Source: an uncultured Pseudomonadota bacterium
GTDB lineage: Bacteria > UBA10199 > JADFYH01
Length of the DNA: 45,535 nt
Reading direction: 5' to 3'
Assembly (NCBI GenBank): GCA_964470915.1
Contig: CAYYEM010000003.1
Span: forward strand, 1-45,535
Shown: one piece after another, positions 42,598 to 45,535 of the stretch
Layout of the letters: each line of letters begins with the position of its first letter
How positions within the stretch are numbered: the first letter of the stretch is position 1
Notes under the pieces: model-generated
What the model was told of the DNA's origin: nothing
Database searches by the model: none
What the model saw: the letters and a program-made list of their open reading frames with translations, nothing else
Position numbers and translations under genes: made by a program

Positions 42598-43416
42598 TTA
42601 TTTTTTAAGTTCGTTTCGTATTTCTTGAGATCGTTTTGTAGCGGCTGCTACTGTCTGTTGAATGATTTGATCAAAATTTTTCTTTTTCATGATTGTGAGT
42701 CCTGCCAGGGTAGTTCCTTTCTTGGAGGTGACGAGTGGAATAAGTTGTTCAGGAGTTTGACCACTTTGTTTTAAAGTATGAGCTGCACCTAAAAGAGTTT
42801 GTAAAGTGAGCTGATAAGATTGTTCTTTAGACAGACCTTGCTGAATTCCTGCATGGCTGAGAGCTTTGGCAAATTGGTAGACATAAGCAGGTCCCGAACC
42901 TGAGAGGCCTGTGACAGCATCTAAATCATTTTCCTTTTTGACCCATAAAAACTCTCCGGCACCTTCAAAAACTTGTTCTGCTTTTTTTCTCTCGGCAACT
43001 GAGATGTTTTTTCCCCATAAAGCCGTGATTCCTTCCCCTATGAGTGCAGGGTTGTTGGGCATGCTACGAATGATTTTACAAGATTTTGGAAGTAGTTTGG
43101 CGAGGGTAGAACAATCAATGCCTGCTGCAATCGAAATGACCAGGTGTTTTTTAAAATAAGCCTTTAAAGGCTCGAGCGCATTTTTTAAATCTTGGGGTTT
43201 GGTCGCTAAAATGACAATGTTTGATTTTTCAAGGAGTTCAGAAGATGTTTTGCAGGTTTTTATTTTGAGTTGTGAAGCAAGTTTTTTAAGTTTTTTAGCA
43301 TCAAGATCATAGGCAAACAGATGAGAGGCGTTGATCGTTTTGAGAAGTCCCCGGATTAGCGCTTGAGCCATATTGCCAGCGCCTAGGAAACCAATTTTTA
43401 TATTTTTGTGATTCAT
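42598..43416 (-). CDS. proC: Pyrroline-5-carboxylate reductase
   Basis: 272 aa. Rossmann IGFLGAGNMAQALIRGL, plus RSMPNNPALIGEG and GLSGSGPAYVY. Confidence 0.9.
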   Translation of the reverse strand: MNHKNIKIGFLGAGNMAQALIRGLLKTINASHLFAYDLDAKKLKKLASQLKIKTCKTSSELLEKSNIVILATKPQDLKNALEPLKAYFKKHLVISIAAGIDCSTLAKLLPKSCKIIRSMPNNPALIGEGITALWGKNISVAERKKAEQVFEGAGEFLWVKKENDLDAVTGLSGSGPAYVYQFAKALSHAGIQQGLSKEQSYQLTLQTLLGAAHTLKQSGQTPEQLIPLVTSKKGTTLAGLTIMKKKNFDQIIQQTVAAATKRSQEIRNELKK

Positions 43417-44096
43417 TTGAACATTGCCCTGCCTATTCTTAAATAAGTTGAACCTTCTTCAGCTGCTACTAAATAATCATTCGACATGCCCATGGAGAGT
43501 TCCGTGAGGGGTTTTTTATAAACATTTTTTTGGTTAAATTCAAAAAGAATTTCACGAAGATGTTTATAGTAAGGTCTTGAGTCTTCAGGATCTTCAACCA
43601 GTGGAGGGAAAAGCATAAAACCTTGGAGTTCCAGGTGACTGAAATCCCGCATTTTTTCAACAAAACTTCTTAGCTCTTTTTCTGCCACACCCGCTTTAGT
43701 GGCTTCATGCGCAAGATCGACTTCAATTAACACGCGAGAAATGACATTTCTCTTTTTGGATTCTTCTTCCATTTTAAGAGCCAGATCCCAGCGATCAAGT
43801 GAATGAAAGAGCGCAATATTCTGTAAAAGATACTTGAGTTTATTGCTTTGCAGTCGACCGATGAAATGCCATTCGATATTTGCATCTGATAATTGTTCTT
43901 TCTTTTCTCTCCATTCCTGAACGTAATTTTCTCCAAATCTATTTTGACCTAATACTAGTAGCTCGCTTAAGTTGTTTGAGTTTTGTCCTTTGCTGACCAC
44001 CAAAATTTTTGCGCTCGAAGGGGGGCGACCAGAGTTTTTAAGACAAACTTCAAGTTCAGACTGGATTCGTCGGTAATTTTCAGAAATCAGGCCCAT
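43413..44096 (-). CDS. yggS: YggS-family pyridoxal-phosphate homeostasis protein
   Basis: 227 aa. ILVVSKGQ (PLP lysine), WHFIGRLQSNK, LSMGMSNDY, GSTYLRIGRAMF. Overlaps the proC start by 4 nt. Confidence 0.9.
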   Translation of the reverse strand: MGLISENYRRIQSELEVCLKNSGRPPSSAKILVVSKGQNSNNLSELLVLGQNRFGENYVQEWREKKEQLSDANIEWHFIGRLQSNKLKYLLQNIALFHSLDRWDLALKMEEESKKRNVISRVLIEVDLAHEATKAGVAEKELRSFVEKMRDFSHLELQGFMLFPPLVEDPEDSRPYYKHLREILFEFNQKNVYKKPLTELSMGMSNDYLVAAEEGSTYLRIGRAMFK

Positions 44097-44218
44097 GACT
44101 CTGATGTAATGATCTTAAAGATTAAAGTCAAAGCTCTTTCTGTTTACTTGATTTCGTGAGAGCCTTATGCTTCCATGTGCTTCAATTTATGATGGGGAAT
44201 TTTATTTTTTTGAAAAAT

Positions 44219-44746
44219 ATGAGATATTTTATTTTTGTTTTACTTTGCTTGCTTCCCGCTTGTTTTTTAAGAGGGCCTAGCAATCCGGGGAAGGTCAGAT
44301 CTTATGCTCCAGGCATGGTGAAGACAGATAAAGGATATTATGGGGTAGGGCCATTGCCAAGCGAATGGAAACGTGGACGTGTCGGTAATTATAAAGTCTT
44401 GGTATTTTATAATGAAGCTTTTCAAAGCAGTATTGAAACAGATGCCTTTTGCGACCATTCTTTCGATGATGCTTCATTGAGTGTTTTAACCAAACATCTT
44501 CACATGGGGCTTACTAATGCCAAAACAAAAAGTGAAACGCCTTTCATGCTTGATTCACGTGGAGCCCTTCGTAGCATTACGCAGGGGACTATCGATGGGG
44601 TAGAAATGGTGATGGATTCAGTAGTCATTAAGAAAGACAATTGCTTGTTTGATTTTGTGCTCATTTCAAAACCTTCTAAATATAAATCTGCCGTTTTTGA
44701 TTTTGAAAATTTCTTTGGCGGCTTCCGCTATACCGGAGACATTTAA
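44219..44746 (+). CDS. Hypothetical lipoprotein
   Basis: The ORF track starts at 44156. ATG 44219 gives MRYFIFVLLCLLPAC with a lipobox (LLPAC). Its stop overlaps the mlaE start (TAATG). Confidence 0.55.
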   Translation: MRYFIFVLLCLLPACFLRGPSNPGKVRSYAPGMVKTDKGYYGVGPLPSEWKRGRVGNYKVLVFYNEAFQSSIETDAFCDHSFDDASLSVLTKHLHMGLTNAKTKSETPFMLDSRGALRSITQGTIDGVEMVMDSVVIKKDNCLFDFVLISKPSKYKSAVFDFENFFGGFRYTGDI

Positions 44747-45522
44747 TGCAAGTTTTTTTTGCTAATCTGGGAGAGGGATTCATCGCTGTGATGAGTTATC
44801 TGGGTGGGCTCTGTTTTCTAACTGCTCAAACTCTCAGCTCTATCTTGAAAGAAAAATTCAACTGGAAAGAGTGTATCAATCAATTTGAAATGGTGGGGAT
44901 TAAGTCGGCCTCTCTTACCAACTTGATTGCAATTTTTACCGGAATGGTTTTGGCAGTGCAATTCATTGTGGGTTTAGAACGATTTGGTTTACAAAATTAT
45001 ACAGGGCAAATCGTGGGGATCGCGATTACACGTGAATTGGGTCCTGTATTAACCGCTGTCATGATTGCTGCAAGGGTGGGGGCAGGGATTACTGCTGAGT
45101 TAGGTTCGATGAATGTGACTGAGCAGGTTCTGGCGATTGAGGCGATGGGAGCGAATCCCATTCAAAAATTAGTGGTCCCCCGAGTTTTGGCGACAACGAT
45201 TTGTACTCCTATTTTATCAATTATTGCTGACTTTATCGGGATTTTTGGAGGCATGCTCATTACTATTTTACAAACAGGGGTGAGCAGTACTTTTTATTTG
45301 AACCAAATTACTAGTACTGTTGAATTTATGGATTTTAGTAGCGGGATCGCTAAAACATTTTTCTTCGGATTTTTTATTGGGATTATTGCTTGTTATCAAG
45401 GTTTGAATACTCACGGAGGGACTGAGGGGGTCGGAAGGGCGACCACTTTGTCGGTGGTATATGGTTGTATTTGTGTTTTCGTATCGGATTTTTTCTTAAC
45501 CAAACTTTTTTTGGTTTTTTAA
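44746..45522 (+). CDS. mlaE: ABC transporter permease MlaE (phospholipid transport / outer-membrane lipid asymmetry)
   Basis: 258 aa. ITRELGPVLTAVMIAARVGAGITAELGSMNVTEQVLAIEAMGANPIQKLVVPRVLA is the MlaE/Ttg2B family signature. Confidence 0.9.
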   Translation: MQVFFANLGEGFIAVMSYLGGLCFLTAQTLSSILKEKFNWKECINQFEMVGIKSASLTNLIAIFTGMVLAVQFIVGLERFGLQNYTGQIVGIAITRELGPVLTAVMIAARVGAGITAELGSMNVTEQVLAIEAMGANPIQKLVVPRVLATTICTPILSIIADFIGIFGGMLITILQTGVSSTFYLNQITSTVEFMDFSSGIAKTFFFGFFIGIIACYQGLNTHGGTEGVGRATTLSVVYGCICVFVSDFFLTKLFLVF

Positions 45523-45535
45523 GGATTTGCATGCA

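Noticed and set aside
1-45535. Search for integrases, transposases, IS ends, CRISPR arrays, rRNA and toxin-antitoxin pairs
   Set aside because: None recognised. Apart from the tRNA-Val duplication, there is no evidence that the T3SS region is a recently acquired island, and the composition looks uniform by eye.

Overview
AT-rich chromosomal window from a Gram-negative bacterium. The gene content (FHA, PEGA, Ser/Thr-kinase and sigma-54 signalling, SecA, MlaE) suggests a Bdellovibrionota/Myxococcota-like lineage, but that is inference only. The flanks are housekeeping. On the left (1-11.5 kb): tRNA-Val, rarA, recN, pmbA, a PP2C phosphatase, an M23 peptidase, secA and argJ. On the right (42.3-45.5 kb): yggT-proC-yggS, a lipoprotein and mlaE. 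The centre (about 11.6-35.6 kb) is a type III secretion (T3SS) cluster that mixes flagellar and injectisome features. It contains sctV, an SctJ-type lipoprotein, a FliA-family sigma factor, an SctI-like rod protein, and then a flagellar-ordered run: FliG-like, SctL, N, O, P, Q, FliN, FliO-like, SctR, S, T. No FliF, rod, hook, flagellin, secretin or SctU/FlhB is visible in the window. Three paralogous Gly/Met/Pro-rich proteins share a GGSLR(G/S) core and C-termini resembling needle subunits (..IRNFRS, ..IQSFRA, ..IIRNLRQ). Each is followed by an LcrH/SycD-class TPR chaperone. A conserved promoter-like motif (AACTT-N16-CGAT, resembling a sigma-28 promoter with a longer spacer) precedes four T3SS genes. 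The cluster is bracketed by phospho-threonine signalling parts: four FHA domains in three proteins (one of them a sigma-54 activator), a PEGA-domain Ser/Thr kinase and a PP2C phosphatase. All functional calls rest on motif recognition by eye, since no searches could be run.
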